The translations under genes were made by a program, and so were the position numbers. DNA of 64,000 bases from a virus (lineage: Duplodnaviria; Heunggongvirae; Uroviricota; Caudoviricetes). Position 1 is the first letter of the stretch; the number at the start of each line of letters is the position of its first letter. The notes below the pieces were generated by a model. The model had not been told where the DNA came from, ran no database searches, and was given only the letters and a program-made list of their open reading frames with translations. Positions 1-10,293 of the stretch are shown here, in pieces. The stretch lies in IMG/VR virus record IMGVR_UViG_3300044796_000394; one strand, written 5' to 3'.

Positions 1-106
1 AAATCAACAAATCTGCTTTGATTTGATCTACACCACTACTTCTTGAAAAGTATCCACCGGCTGATTTCTGTATTGGATAAGAAAATCCACGAAATGTATT
101 AGTCAT
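1..106 (-). CDS. gp25/GPW-like baseplate wedge protein, 5' part (truncated by window edge)
   Basis: Not in ORF track; manual translation from ATG at 106 gives MTNTFRGFSYPIQKSAGGYFSRSSGVDQIKADLLI, typical gp25 N-terminus; lies downstream of the gp5-like gene. Confidence 0.65.
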   Translation of the reverse strand, partial: MTNTFRGFSYPIQKSAGGYFSRSSGVDQIKADLLI

Positions 107-524
107 GTTTTCTTTCTAAGTACGCAATTGCACTTTTGAGAATTTTTACATCATCTTTACAACAAGACAATAAACGATTACATTTATTATGCAAAATACC
201 TCTGATCTTGCCACTAGCATGACAATGATCGACATCTATTTGTGAAATTTCTTGATCTAATTTAACATTACAAATCGGACATAAGTAATTTTGATTTTTT
301 AATATCACTTCATAATCTGCTAAACTAATTTTGTAAACATGTTTCAACCTCTTATGTTTTGTTCGCTTTCGCAAAACTTCTGGTTGTCGTGTCCGAAGTC
401 GATGAACATAATTTTTTTCATACACAACGAATTTTTCTTTATTTTTAAGATACCATTTTCGCTGATAAGCACGACGCTCTTCAATTTCTTCTTGTGTTAA
501 GTCAGAATATTTTTTCCAATTCAT
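99..524 (-). CDS. Endonuclease VII-family (His-Me) nuclease, probably a free-standing homing endonuclease
   Basis: CPIC...DVDHCHASGKIRGILHNKCNRLL motif; basic N-terminus; AT-rich. Confidence 0.85.
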   Translation of the reverse strand: MNWKKYSDLTQEEIEERRAYQRKWYLKNKEKFVVYEKNYVHRLRTRQPEVLRKRTKHKRLKHVYKISLADYEVILKNQNYLCPICNVKLDQEISQIDVDHCHASGKIRGILHNKCNRLLSCCKDDVKILKSAIAYLERKHD

Positions 525-2611
525 TGATGATTGTCCTCCGAAGCCGATGCAAATACACGATCACTTAAGCTGTTATATAATAGTTTTTTGTGCGTCGGAT
601 CATTTGGATCAGCCATGACACCAAAGTGAACGAACTGCGTATAAGGACAAACAAATGGATCTTTGCCAACCACTACAGGGTGAACACAAGGAACCTTATT
701 CAAAGGCAATTGATTAGGAACACCTCTCGCAGCCGACTCAGCAGCTATCTGTACATTCTCTAACGAACCAGATAATATATTGCTTCCCGTCGTATCATCC
801 GGCGGTGGACAATCACGCCCTGCCAACAAATAGATATAACTTTCGCTATGGAACATCGTCAACTTATTATGATTGAAATAGTAATCGCCACTGTTAACAA
901 TATGCTTGCCAGTAATCTGAACTGATTTATTGCTTGGCGATTCCTTATCTTCCGTACCAACCGCCTCTTCATAATCATCATAAGAGTTAACTACCAAGTT
1001 ACCACCAGCACGCAAGAATACCAATCCCGGCCCTTCAGCAGCTTCTTGAAAAATCAAGGTGTGATGTCCACGCTCTTTATTGTCGTATTGTGGAGCCAAC
1101 AATTCAATTCGCTGTGTTTGTGTTTCTTCTTGACTACTGGAATCCATCATCATCAATTGTAAACCGTAACCAGACCGCAAAAGTACATATGCTTGATCCG
1201 CTTTCGCTTGTGGTTCACCACCTTCTTGTCTCGGCAATCCAACTTGTTTATTTCCCTGATCGTGGAATTCCAAGCGATGCTTTGACGTACTTTCCATCAC
1301 AATACCACGCAAATCACCAGCCATTTCAGGATCACTTGTTTTTCCAATCGTGTGATCATAAAACTGCAACCGGTTACCCAAAGCAGTTTCAATTCTAATG
1401 CCGTTCTTTTCACCACGAATCAAAGTATCCGATTCTTCATCATTCATCTCAAAAACGTGACCAGTTTGCGAACGAAGAAACATCTTCGCTTTGGTCATAT
1501 CAGTACAGCCGAAATCGTAATCCCTGTTCCAAGTTGGTTCGCCTTGCGGTTGATCTACGCTATCATCAATAACAAATTGCCCACCACCAACCGACTGAAT
1601 TTGAATACCACTCTGAGGAAGTTCACATTTCGGGTTCTGATATTGGGCCAACGCTTCGGATGCCTGATAAAATCTCATTTCCTCTTGACGCTTATAAAAC
1701 TTGTTGGCGAACGGCTCTTCGGTATCATTGGCCTTAACTGTATCACAATCAGTATCTTCGCCATCGCCGTTACAAGGGCTATCAGAACCTGCAGCCGTAA
1801 ATCCCCATTGGCCAGCAGGATGTAAATGGTCATCCTTCATCATAAAAATGTTTGTCCGACCACTTGCGATTTCTACACGGCTCCATCGGTGGTTACAATT
1901 GGCATCACCGTCAACCTGCTTGTAATAGTGCTTACCCGGTGTCTTAAAACCGTACTGGTGAGGATATGTTGCCAACTCTTTCGCATTAGTATCACTGTCA
2001 AAGTCTGTTTTGGTATCCCAATCCTTCATTTGATGATTATCGGTATTCCAAGGCATCTTAACTTGATCGCCTTCATTGGAACCCAACAAATAGCCATTAC
2101 GAGTACCTTCATAGAGTTTATCATATTCCGGCACCACGTAAGACCAAAGATCATGACGACTTTCATCTTCGTTTGTTGGAAGTTGATTATCGTCTGAGTT
2201 GTTGGCAGAAGCCTTGCCACGGGTACGAGTATAAAAAGTTCCAATGTAATATGCTTGGTTTTTATCACCATTTTCACAGAGTAAAGCCAACTTGCTACCC
2301 GCAGGCGGCACCCACGTTACGCCGCAATCATCAAAGCCGCCAAACGGTGAAACTGGATAAGCCCAAGGTAAACCGCCAATCGGCGTTCCCGGTGCCGTGA
2401 AGAAAGGCGTGAAGTATTGTACTCGGCCTTCAGCTTGTGGATCAAGCGTACTCACACACAAAGCGCTGAACAAACTCGGTGTTGCCGAAGCAGCATATTC
2501 CATTCGGTGGTTTTGAACCAATTCCGAACGTACAACTTTACGTGTATCAAATGTCGAATCCTGTAAATAGGCTTCGAGCTGTGCTATTCTTTTTTCTAGT
2601 TCTTTTATCAT
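521..2611 (-). CDS. gp5/VgrG-like baseplate central spike protein with OB-fold
   Basis: LDPQAEGRVQ...LPWAYP...VPPAGS...ENGD...YYIG OB-fold pattern; repeated beta-rich (S/T)xxG(H/N)x(F/L)xxxD units. Confidence 0.8.
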   Translation of the reverse strand: MIKELEKRIAQLEAYLQDSTFDTRKVVRSELVQNHRMEYAASATPSLFSALCVSTLDPQAEGRVQYFTPFFTAPGTPIGGLPWAYPVSPFGGFDDCGVTWVPPAGSKLALLCENGDKNQAYYIGTFYTRTRGKASANNSDDNQLPTNEDESRHDLWSYVVPEYDKLYEGTRNGYLLGSNEGDQVKMPWNTDNHQMKDWDTKTDFDSDTNAKELATYPHQYGFKTPGKHYYKQVDGDANCNHRWSRVEIASGRTNIFMMKDDHLHPAGQWGFTAAGSDSPCNGDGEDTDCDTVKANDTEEPFANKFYKRQEEMRFYQASEALAQYQNPKCELPQSGIQIQSVGGGQFVIDDSVDQPQGEPTWNRDYDFGCTDMTKAKMFLRSQTGHVFEMNDEESDTLIRGEKNGIRIETALGNRLQFYDHTIGKTSDPEMAGDLRGIVMESTSKHRLEFHDQGNKQVGLPRQEGGEPQAKADQAYVLLRSGYGLQLMMMDSSSQEETQTQRIELLAPQYDNKERGHHTLIFQEAAEGPGLVFLRAGGNLVVNSYDDYEEAVGTEDKESPSNKSVQITGKHIVNSGDYYFNHNKLTMFHSESYIYLLAGRDCPPPDDTTGSNILSGSLENVQIAAESAARGVPNQLPLNKVPCVHPVVVGKDPFVCPYTQFVHFGVMADPNDPTHKKLLYNSLSDRVFASASEDNHQ

Positions 2612-4180
2612 TTATTTTGATCCACCATCTGGTGCTTTAACTGAAAGATCTTGTCCCGGTGTTAACATTCTTAATTTGAAGGTTGTAGTGAAAGAGCCGG
2701 GCTGAATACTATGAGAGACACCTTCAATCATCCAACTCTCATTAGAAAGAACAGAATTGCACGTTTCTATACCAGTACTCCAACGGCAATTATCTTTAAT
2801 TGTGAATGGATTGATAACAATCACATTGACGAAACGATTCAACAAGAATAAAGGCATACTCATATTCGGGTTGCCTTGAATCGTCAATTCCGCCGTAATA
2901 CCGCCACCAAATACGATATTGGCGAGATTGTTCATATAAGTACAATTATAAGAATAACGCATCGCAGCGTTGATTCTTGTAGCCACTTCACCTTCCTGCA
3001 TAACAATAGAAAGGATATTACCCAACGACATATTGTCAGTACCCTTACCATACAACTGAGGTTGAGACTGCTTATCATTAATTCCATCGGCTGGCCCTTT
3101 AGCCACCATGATCTTAGCTTGTGCACCACCTGCCGTTCCACCAACGCTATAAGCAGTTTGTCCACCTGCCCACTGAATACTCGGCTGAAAGCGAATTACA
3201 GGGCTACAGTTGCCGCCACCAACCACATAAGTACCAATACTGTATTTGGCATACGACGTTACAGCTTGTAAGTGATCAGGAATATCACACATACATATCA
3301 GGCGTGCTGGTTTGGTTGGTTCGTAGAAAAGCTTAATACCTTTTCCCGATTTCCCATCATCACACAATACAGTACGACACCACTCCATAATACATTCCAA
3401 AACCCTACGATTTTTACCTTCCCATTTGCGAATCGGCCCTTTAGTCTTAACATCCGGATTAGGATCATTTTTAGAATCAAATGTAAAAGGAACTGAAGTT
3501 GTCGGGCTGGTGAATTTCTTGAATTCTACCTTCAAATCACGGTCTTGAAATAACTGTGAAATCGCATCAGTCAAATGCATCGGCTTTTCATCAGTACCAA
3601 AAACACCCTTCACTGCCGATTGTTGTAAATCCTGTAACATATCGATACAGTTAATAGTGTATTTGACCAAGCCACCCGAATAACTGAGGGTTACTTTTTC
3701 AATCAAAAACAAGAGTTCCGGACTACTCAAACCGGCTTCTTGTGATAATGGGTTAACTTCTTTAGGTGCTGGCCCCGGCCCTACTATACTTCCATCACAA
3801 TCGTTTGCAATCCAACCGAATCTTACAGATAAAAATGTACCTGCTGATGTACCACCACGGTTCAACTTTTCAAAAATAGTGGCAAACGATCCCGCTTCCT
3901 CATCCACAATTTCAATATCACAGCCAGCACCATTCGCTGAACCATAATGAAACGATTTGACTACCGCCGGTCTGGACTTATTGCCTACGCTAATAGTTGT
4001 TTGAATGCCCAAAACCGTGTCTACGTACTCACGAAGGATTGCTACGGCTGTTGGGCCAGAGTTTCCATCGGTTACCTTAACTATAACGAAAGGTGCCAGT
4101 ACGGGCTGCTTGAGGGCAGTGTGGACAACGCCATTCTGCTTCTTTTGCCCACACAAACCCGTCAAAAAGCAATCGCTCAT
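2612..4180 (-). CDS. Putative baseplate hub protein (gp27/late control D-like)
   Basis: C-terminal AELTIQGNP...WMIEGVSHSIQPGSFTTTFKL pattern; position between gp53-like and gp5-like genes. Confidence 0.6.
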   Translation of the reverse strand: MSDCFLTGLCGQKKQNGVVHTALKQPVLAPFVIVKVTDGNSGPTAVAILREYVDTVLGIQTTISVGNKSRPAVVKSFHYGSANGAGCDIEIVDEEAGSFATIFEKLNRGGTSAGTFLSVRFGWIANDCDGSIVGPGPAPKEVNPLSQEAGLSSPELLFLIEKVTLSYSGGLVKYTINCIDMLQDLQQSAVKGVFGTDEKPMHLTDAISQLFQDRDLKVEFKKFTSPTTSVPFTFDSKNDPNPDVKTKGPIRKWEGKNRRVLECIMEWCRTVLCDDGKSGKGIKLFYEPTKPARLICMCDIPDHLQAVTSYAKYSIGTYVVGGGNCSPVIRFQPSIQWAGGQTAYSVGGTAGGAQAKIMVAKGPADGINDKQSQPQLYGKGTDNMSLGNILSIVMQEGEVATRINAAMRYSYNCTYMNNLANIVFGGGITAELTIQGNPNMSMPLFLLNRFVNVIVINPFTIKDNCRWSTGIETCNSVLSNESWMIEGVSHSIQPGSFTTTFKLRMLTPGQDLSVKAPDGGSK

Positions 4181-4503
4181 ACTATAGAAGGTACCCTCAA
4201 AACTGTACCGATTTTGAGATCGAATACATCGGTGATGTTATTGGCTTCCATGATTTTCCACCAATAACCAATTAATTGTTTGCCGTAAGCTTTCTGGGCA
4301 ATCCTATCAGGACGATATTGTAATCCTGCATTGATAATCAAAAACTTATCATTTGAAGTTTTCGTTACTGGACTTCTCTTGTAAGTCTTGAATGTCAAAA
4401 TTCGCTTATCGCTCCAATAAACCACTTCGGAATTCAGGTAACGACTTGAATTCGATACGAATTGACTTGCTTTTTGCTCCGCTGGTTCTATTGAGTTTGC
4501 CAT
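4177..4503 (-). CDS. gp53-like/LysM baseplate wedge protein
   Basis: YRPDRIAQKAYG...YWWKIMEANNITDVFDLKIGTVLRVP. Confidence 0.8.
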   Translation of the reverse strand: MANSIEPAEQKASQFVSNSSRYLNSEVVYWSDKRILTFKTYKRSPVTKTSNDKFLIINAGLQYRPDRIAQKAYGKQLIGYWWKIMEANNITDVFDLKIGTVLRVPSIV

Positions 4504-4506
4504 ATG

Positions 4507-5043
4507 TTAACTTATGATTTTATCTCTGCCGGGGAGATTGGTACTTGCGAAAACGGCTTCCCATTCCATCTCAACTGAAAACTTATAAGGGAGATAAGTT
4601 TCTTCGTCCCATCCCACTTCGGTAGGATAAGACACAGCATAACGTCTTAGTACGGCGCAAATCGCCTCATCTTTACCAGTAGCAAAAAGTCTCTTACAGG
4701 ACAATTTACAAATCGCAGGCGGGGCATATGGCGTTGAACCATTGGCCGATTGGTCGTATGGATAAACACAACTTTGAATAGCCTTCAATCCATTGACTGC
4801 CTCTGTACGAGTTTGAGCATTAATAATTAAGAAATGCCAACGTACTGAAAAAACACGATTATCAGCATGAGAGAAAGTTTTAATTGGAAAAGAACGACCT
4901 ATAACCACTTCATCAGTATAAGATGCGGATTTAGAGTCGCTGATCTCCGGTAAGATTCTTGGAATTAATGTACCAGCCCCCGGAATGGATATAGTGCATC
5001 CTTCGATCTGTGTCAATAGACCATTTGCATCTGTTGCTTTCAT
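4507..5043 (-). CDS. Tail tube initiator/tube-like protein
   Basis: EISDSKSASY...IGRSFPI..F...R...PPAICKL pattern; upstream of LysM baseplate gene. Confidence 0.6.
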   Translation of the reverse strand: MKATDANGLLTQIEGCTISIPGAGTLIPRILPEISDSKSASYTDEVVIGRSFPIKTFSHADNRVFSVRWHFLIINAQTRTEAVNGLKAIQSCVYPYDQSANGSTPYAPPAICKLSCKRLFATGKDEAICAVLRRYAVSYPTEVGWDEETYLPYKFSVEMEWEAVFASTNLPGRDKIIS

Positions 5044-5069
5044 ATACTTCCGTTAGTAATAGGCTACAA

Positions 5070-5915
5070 TTATTGAGAAAGACCTATCAAATTACCCTGC
5101 CATGTCTGGGAATTGACAGGCGACGAGGGTGAACAAACCAATCTAATAGTTTGATTTGCGGGCAATGTGATCGATTGCCCCAATATAACGATGTCTTTGC
5201 CAAGGCCCATACTCGTTAATTGTGATGTATATAGTTTGGTACCTGCAGGACTCTCTAAAGAAACTTTGCCAAAAACCATGCTATAAGAAGTCATCTCTGA
5301 CCAAACGTAACTACTCCAGCCAGATAAGACAAAAGATTTGGATGGCGTATAGCTTACAATGACCTGATCCGCATCAGAGCTACTGGTAATTAATTCATTA
5401 GTTTGACAATTTGGTGATAAAGGAGTAGAACACGTAACGATAGCTCCACCGTCGGAAACTTTTATGGGTGCATAGGCACCATCATCAGTAATACCAAAAT
5501 TGACCGCCCTTGTCGCTTCTGAAACGGTTTTGGCCGAAACACCGGAGGCAATAGACGTTCTACCACCATCTATAACTGATGTAGAGTACGTCGTTTGAAG
5601 CCTGAAATACTCTTGATCTTCGACTCCGTTAATGTATTGAATTCTAAAATATCTACCCCGTGGCCCTGATGAAGTATAATTACCATCACTCAAATCCAAA
5701 GTAGGAACTGGAAACGATCTATCAATGTCAATACCGTCAGTAGAAAATTGATAATTAAGCAAACCGCCTACATTGGTTCGCCATAGAGTATACAAAATGG
5801 CAGACTGAGAAACATCTTCCCATTTGCCCACAAAAATTTCATTGGCCAACAATGGTTGAAACGTAGTATTATCAATAGAAAACGTGACATTGGAAGATAT
5901 GTTGGTAAATGGCAT
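5070..5915 (-). CDS. Putative virion structural protein
   Basis: Beta-rich, RYFRIQYING motif; likely start ATG 5915 overlapping upstream TAA (TAATG). Confidence 0.5.
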   Translation of the reverse strand: MPFTNISSNVTFSIDNTTFQPLLANEIFVGKWEDVSQSAILYTLWRTNVGGLLNYQFSTDGIDIDRSFPVPTLDLSDGNYTSSGPRGRYFRIQYINGVEDQEYFRLQTTYSTSVIDGGRTSIASGVSAKTVSEATRAVNFGITDDGAYAPIKVSDGGAIVTCSTPLSPNCQTNELITSSSDADQVIVSYTPSKSFVLSGWSSYVWSEMTSYSMVFGKVSLESPAGTKLYTSQLTSMGLGKDIVILGQSITLPANQTIRLVCSPSSPVNSQTWQGNLIGLSQ

Positions 5916-6241
5916 TAAATGAGCTCCGTTATCTGAGCGTTTCCTTGAGCGTCTTCCCAAATTCCATAAATATCACCAACAAAAACAGTCGTCGGCATCT
6001 CATAGGTTGAACTAGGCAAAAGCAAAGCAGTAAACGATTCATTCGTTACGCCATTGCCAAACTTAATGTTTAATTTAAACAATGACTGATTATAAATAAT
6101 CACGCCCTTACGTGACGCATTGGCAGGCACCAAAAGCGTTTCCGAAGAATTAGCCGCTACGGAATTCACATTACACATCAAAGATGTCGTACCGGAAATC
6201 TGAACAACAACATTGCCGGGACTATAATACTGGCCACCCAT
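5915..6241 (-). CDS. Putative small virion protein
   Basis: LLVPANASRKGVIIYNQS pattern common in phage structural proteins; coupled to neighbours. Confidence 0.5.
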   Translation of the reverse strand: MGGQYYSPGNVVVQISGTTSLMCNVNSVAANSSETLLVPANASRKGVIIYNQSLFKLNIKFGNGVTNESFTALLLPSSTYEMPTTVFVGDIYGIWEDAQGNAQITELI

Positions 6242-6880
6242 TTATGCCTCCGTCCATAAAAATTGAACACCCATTCTCAAACCACTCAATAGTGGCGTCG
6301 CAATTTCAAGCCGCAATTCCCATCCTTCGGCAACACCGGCTCGACAAACAGGGCCGGAAACATCAATGGGAAAATCAAAAATAACACTTGATGTTGTGTT
6401 GCCAATAAATGTACTGGTACAAATATCTGTAGCTGCTCTCGTTGGGGCATTGGCACTAATTCTAACAGTAGCACCAGAAGCAGGCGAAGCGGAATTTAAA
6501 GCCAAAGGCACCAGCGTAGAGCCACCCGGCGTATTATTTTCGGCAGTAATTCTTGTTAATCTCACAGCCATTCTGGTACTGCCGCCGCCAGAATCCGTGT
6601 TAACAACAACCTTTTGTAGATTATAAGTTTTATTCAACGAAGAAGGATGCCACAAATAAGCCAAACTCATTGTGGAATTGACCGATAGTGACAGATTGGC
6701 ATAAACGGTAGCTGCGGCATAAGTACTAGTGTCGCCAAAAATAACTACGCCATTATTAACATCTCTAACAACAAGTCCAGCTTCATTTCCCGTAGGATCA
6801 GAAGTCATAACATCGGCAAAAATAGTACCATCTGTAATCAATACCGGTTCGGCAGATTGTAGTTTCGTAACATCAGACAT
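6242..6880 (-). CDS. Putative virion structural protein
   Basis: 212-aa S/T/A-rich beta protein in structural cluster. Confidence 0.5.
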   Translation of the reverse strand: MSDVTKLQSAEPVLITDGTIFADVMTSDPTGNEAGLVVRDVNNGVVIFGDTSTYAAATVYANLSLSVNSTMSLAYLWHPSSLNKTYNLQKVVVNTDSGGGSTRMAVRLTRITAENNTPGGSTLVPLALNSASPASGATVRISANAPTRAATDICTSTFIGNTTSSVIFDFPIDVSGPVCRAGVAEGWELRLEIATPLLSGLRMGVQFLWTEA

Positions 6881-6892
6881 ATCTTATAAATG

Positions 6893-6918
6893 AAAAAGGA
6901 CGGCATTTTGCCGTCCTT
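6893..6918 (-). terminator. Intrinsic terminator-like hairpin
   Basis: AAGGACGGCA-aaa-TGCCGTCCTTTTT on minus strand between two virion genes. Confidence 0.6.
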
Positions 6919-6938
6919 GATCTAATTGTTAATATAAA

Positions 6939-7712
6939 TTAAATTTCGTGTCCGAAAATCGTCGCATAAACGTCTTGCGCAACACCAGCATTATTGGTAA
7001 TTCTTACGTTTACCGGAACAGTAAGTGGAATCGGTTGAGCAAAAGTTATATCAAAATTAGGATCAGCAGCACTAAAAAATCCAACCGCAATAACCGTTTT
7101 GCTATCACCATAATCAATCACCACTTTACATGGGGCACCAGAAGCAGCGGCATGAATTTGTTTAAGGTAAAGAGTTTTGGCGGGCGTATATGTAATAACG
7201 CCTGCAGCACCATTGACCACTGCCGATGCCGAACCAGAGCTAACAATAACACCAGAAGCCACTTCGCCAGTAGTAACCGCAACAGTACCAGATACGGCAA
7301 CCGTACCAGATACTACTTGGGTTGATGGGAAGTTTGAAATCGCTACCGTGCTACTTGATGGGAAGTTGGAAATAGCAACAGTTGTAGGGAAGTTAGAAAC
7401 TGCTACAGTCCCACTAACCGCTTGCGTAGTAGGAAAGCTTGGAAAGTTAGAAACAGCAATCGTACCACTAACTGCTTGTGTAGTAGGGAAGCTTGGAAAG
7501 TTAGAAACTACTACGGTACCACTTACTGGTTGAGTAGCAGGGAAGTTAGAAATGGCTACTGTGCTGCTTGATGGAAAGTTTGATACCGCAATGGTACCAC
7601 TTACCGGCTGAGTAACCGCTGAGCCGTCAACCTTTAAGGCGGTTCCTACGATAGCTACTGTATTAGTGTTATCGGTTATCTTAATCGGTAACTGTGATTG
7701 AATATCTGCCAT
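6939..7712 (-). CDS. Virion fibre-like protein with VSGT(V/I)AVSNFP repeats
   Basis: About 8 xSNFP repeats; SD AAGGAGG before ATG 7712. Confidence 0.6.
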   Translation of the reverse strand: MADIQSQLPIKITDNTNTVAIVGTALKVDGSAVTQPVSGTIAVSNFPSSSTVAISNFPATQPVSGTVVVSNFPSFPTTQAVSGTIAVSNFPSFPTTQAVSGTVAVSNFPTTVAISNFPSSSTVAISNFPSTQVVSGTVAVSGTVAVTTGEVASGVIVSSGSASAVVNGAAGVITYTPAKTLYLKQIHAAASGAPCKVVIDYGDSKTVIAVGFFSAADPNFDITFAQPIPLTVPVNVRITNNAGVAQDVYATIFGHEI

Positions 7713-7805
7713 AATACCTCCTTGGAATATCAAATATATATCCTAATTTTGTTCACTTCTATTAATCGGCCTACCATAAGAGTGACCAATCAACGTATAT
7801 AAGCT

Positions 7806-8228
7806 ATGGAACCCTCACAAGACAATAATTCGCTCCCACAAGTTGCTATGAACATCAATGTTCCAGCCGCCGATCCAAAAAGCGAACTCATCAAAGCTGA
7901 ACAAATCGTCGGTATGTGTCAGCAAATTGCAGCAGACATCGAAGCCGAAAAAAGTGAAGTTACGGAAACTCTCAACAACTTCGCAGAAATGGTATTTAAC
8001 GCTGGTGATGCCACATCTGCCAGCAAAGAAGCTCTAGTTAACCTTTTCAAGTTACGTTCTGATTTGATTGATAAAAAAGCCAGATTAGGTGAAATGATGA
8101 TGAAGGTATTCATGAAAGACGGTATTAAGAGCGTTACTGCTCACCAACACAATGACATCCACATCACAGACAAAGGAAAACTCATCCGAGAACTAAATAA
8201 CTTGGATAAGGAGAATAAAGTACAATGA
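7806..8228 (+). CDS. Hypothetical helical protein
   Basis: 140-aa ORF, TATATA 4 nt before ATG. Confidence 0.6.
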   Translation: MEPSQDNNSLPQVAMNINVPAADPKSELIKAEQIVGMCQQIAADIEAEKSEVTETLNNFAEMVFNAGDATSASKEALVNLFKLRSDLIDKKARLGEMMMKVFMKDGIKSVTAHQHNDIHITDKGKLIRELNNLDKENKVQ

Positions 8229-9013
8229 ATAGAAAAATGAACCGTATGAATCGCCACAAAGCGGTTCCGGCCAACAGTACGACAAATCCTATCCAGATTT
8301 TGACGAACTTTCCACCAATGGTGGAAACGAGTGTTATCAATCAAACACAAACGAATTACGAACTTTCGAGCAGTGGAATCATCTCCCACAAAAGGCGAGC
8401 GGCAGATACGTCGGTAAGGCCAGCCTTTGGCGTCATAGCTAGTATTATCATTTACGCCCCCGGAAAACCCGGCCCAATTACTGCGTACGACTTCGCTGGT
8501 GCATCCGCTGATGGCTCTCCCGCAGCAAGACGTACATATACCAAACTATTTCAAGTAAAATTCGGCAAAGGATTTCATTTAGCGGCGTTCTTCTTAAATA
8601 GTATTCCGCCAATTGATGGTACACAAACACTGGTATTCAAGCACCCGCCATGCAAAAGAAGAGCAATATTGGCTGATCAGATAGTTAACGTAACCGGCGT
8701 AGACCAACAAGCATTCAAAAGCAGCAATAAAATGAATGCTCAAATCAATAGCGGGCCGACAAATGAAACGGCAGTTGATTCAGAATTAGTTTATGGCGTA
8801 ATAGCATTCGGCGGAAACTTCAAGGATTATATCGCTCCGGCAGATTATATTCCAATCAATACCGCTTCAAGTAACGTAGACGAATTTGATGTTTCGTTGC
8901 GAACTTATTATAAATTAACATCCACGACGGGAAGTTTTAGGATTGGAGCCACATCTACTGGCGATTTTCAAGCGGCAGCAGCTGTGCAAACATTCAAGGC
9001 ATTGACTCTATGA
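8225..9013 (+). CDS. Hypothetical, possibly virion protein
   Basis: 262-aa ORF with ATGA overlaps at both ends. Confidence 0.55.
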   Translation: MNRKMNRMNRHKAVPANSTTNPIQILTNFPPMVETSVINQTQTNYELSSSGIISHKRRAADTSVRPAFGVIASIIIYAPGKPGPITAYDFAGASADGSPAARRTYTKLFQVKFGKGFHLAAFFLNSIPPIDGTQTLVFKHPPCKRRAILADQIVNVTGVDQQAFKSSNKMNAQINSGPTNETAVDSELVYGVIAFGGNFKDYIAPADYIPINTASSNVDEFDVSLRTYYKLTSTTGSFRIGATSTGDFQAAAAVQTFKALTL

Positions 9014-10293
9014 ACAAGAACAATTGGCATTTTTGGTACGAAGCAGAAATTCCCACGGGACAAGCGGGGCAAGCCCCTGCATCCGATCCCAACGCACCGG
9101 GACAAGGCGGTAGCGTTACGCAACAACAACCCGCAAATCCGCCACAAGACGGTAGCGATCCCTCCGCACCTGCGCAACCAGAAGATGATGTAACGCAAGA
9201 TCCACAAACCATTGAAACACCAAAATCAAATGACAAGGATTTTGAACAATGGCGTCACGACTTCATGGAAATGGCAGAAAAGTGTGATAATACCGAAATG
9301 ATGAATTCCATCAATTCAGTACGTGATATGCCCGGTCTGGAATCACCACAACGAAAATTTGTAGAAGATAACTTCCAAATCTTCTCGTTCCGCAGAGACT
9401 CCAATATCCTCAAAGCGTCTACTGAAATCCGAAATAACATCAAAAAGGATTTGGATAGAATTAACCCCGGCACTACAGTGATGCAGCACTTGTGTCAAGC
9501 ATTAGACGAACAACCACTGCTTTATCAGAACATCATCAAAATGGCTGGTACATTCGGATGGAAGAGTGATCTCCACCGTAAATGGTTGGCTGCTTTGATG
9601 GGGGCTGTTCAAATCGGCGGCGGCGGTGTTATGAAAGACTTGGTCTACAGTGCCAAAGACTTCAACATTAACTTCAGCACCCGATTCGCAACCCAATTCG
9701 GCGAAATCAACCTCAGCCGTTGGTCGCTGGTACAAGGCGATCCAAAACAATATTTGAAACCAGATGAACAAGAAAGCCTTCAAGAAGGTAGTCCAGAAGA
9801 AAAACAAGTACTCCGTCGTAAGATCATTATCAAATCCATTGGCGAAATGTTCCGCAAAAGAGCATTCTTGATCAATGTGGTTAACACCGATGGTACCGTG
9901 TACTCAATCGGATGGGATTTGGGCAATAGCCTCTTGGAATCCTACAAGAGTGGCAAGATCGTCGTTCGTGGCCAAGAAAGCGAAGACAAGGAAGTACTGA
10001 TCGGCGATGACGGCAATATCATTCCAGTGATCGACTACAACATCATGTTTGTTAAAGAGACCGGTGAAGTGGACGATGACGGAAGGCCAGAAACAAACGA
10101 AGTGCCATTTATTCAAAGACGGGACAGTATTCTGTATCTCGTGGCCGATTTGGATACCATTCGTACTGCTACGGCGGGCATGAGCGGTATTTTCTTCAAG
10201 GAAACGCCTTACGGTGGAAATCCTGCTGAAATCCTGCAGCTACAACGTTCTGTACCGGGATTATTTGAAATCATCTTCCGACAAGTGGTGTAA
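9010..10293 (+). CDS. Hypothetical protein with P/Q-rich N-terminal linker (possible head/internal protein)
   Basis: 427-aa ORF; N-terminus MNKNNWHFWYEAE followed by disordered P/Q tract. Confidence 0.6.
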   Translation: MNKNNWHFWYEAEIPTGQAGQAPASDPNAPGQGGSVTQQQPANPPQDGSDPSAPAQPEDDVTQDPQTIETPKSNDKDFEQWRHDFMEMAEKCDNTEMMNSINSVRDMPGLESPQRKFVEDNFQIFSFRRDSNILKASTEIRNNIKKDLDRINPGTTVMQHLCQALDEQPLLYQNIIKMAGTFGWKSDLHRKWLAALMGAVQIGGGGVMKDLVYSAKDFNINFSTRFATQFGEINLSRWSLVQGDPKQYLKPDEQESLQEGSPEEKQVLRRKIIIKSIGEMFRKRAFLINVVNTDGTVYSIGWDLGNSLLESYKSGKIVVRGQESEDKEVLIGDDGNIIPVIDYNIMFVKETGEVDDDGRPETNEVPFIQRRDSILYLVADLDTIRTATAGMSGIFFKETPYGGNPAEILQLQRSVPGLFEIIFRQVV

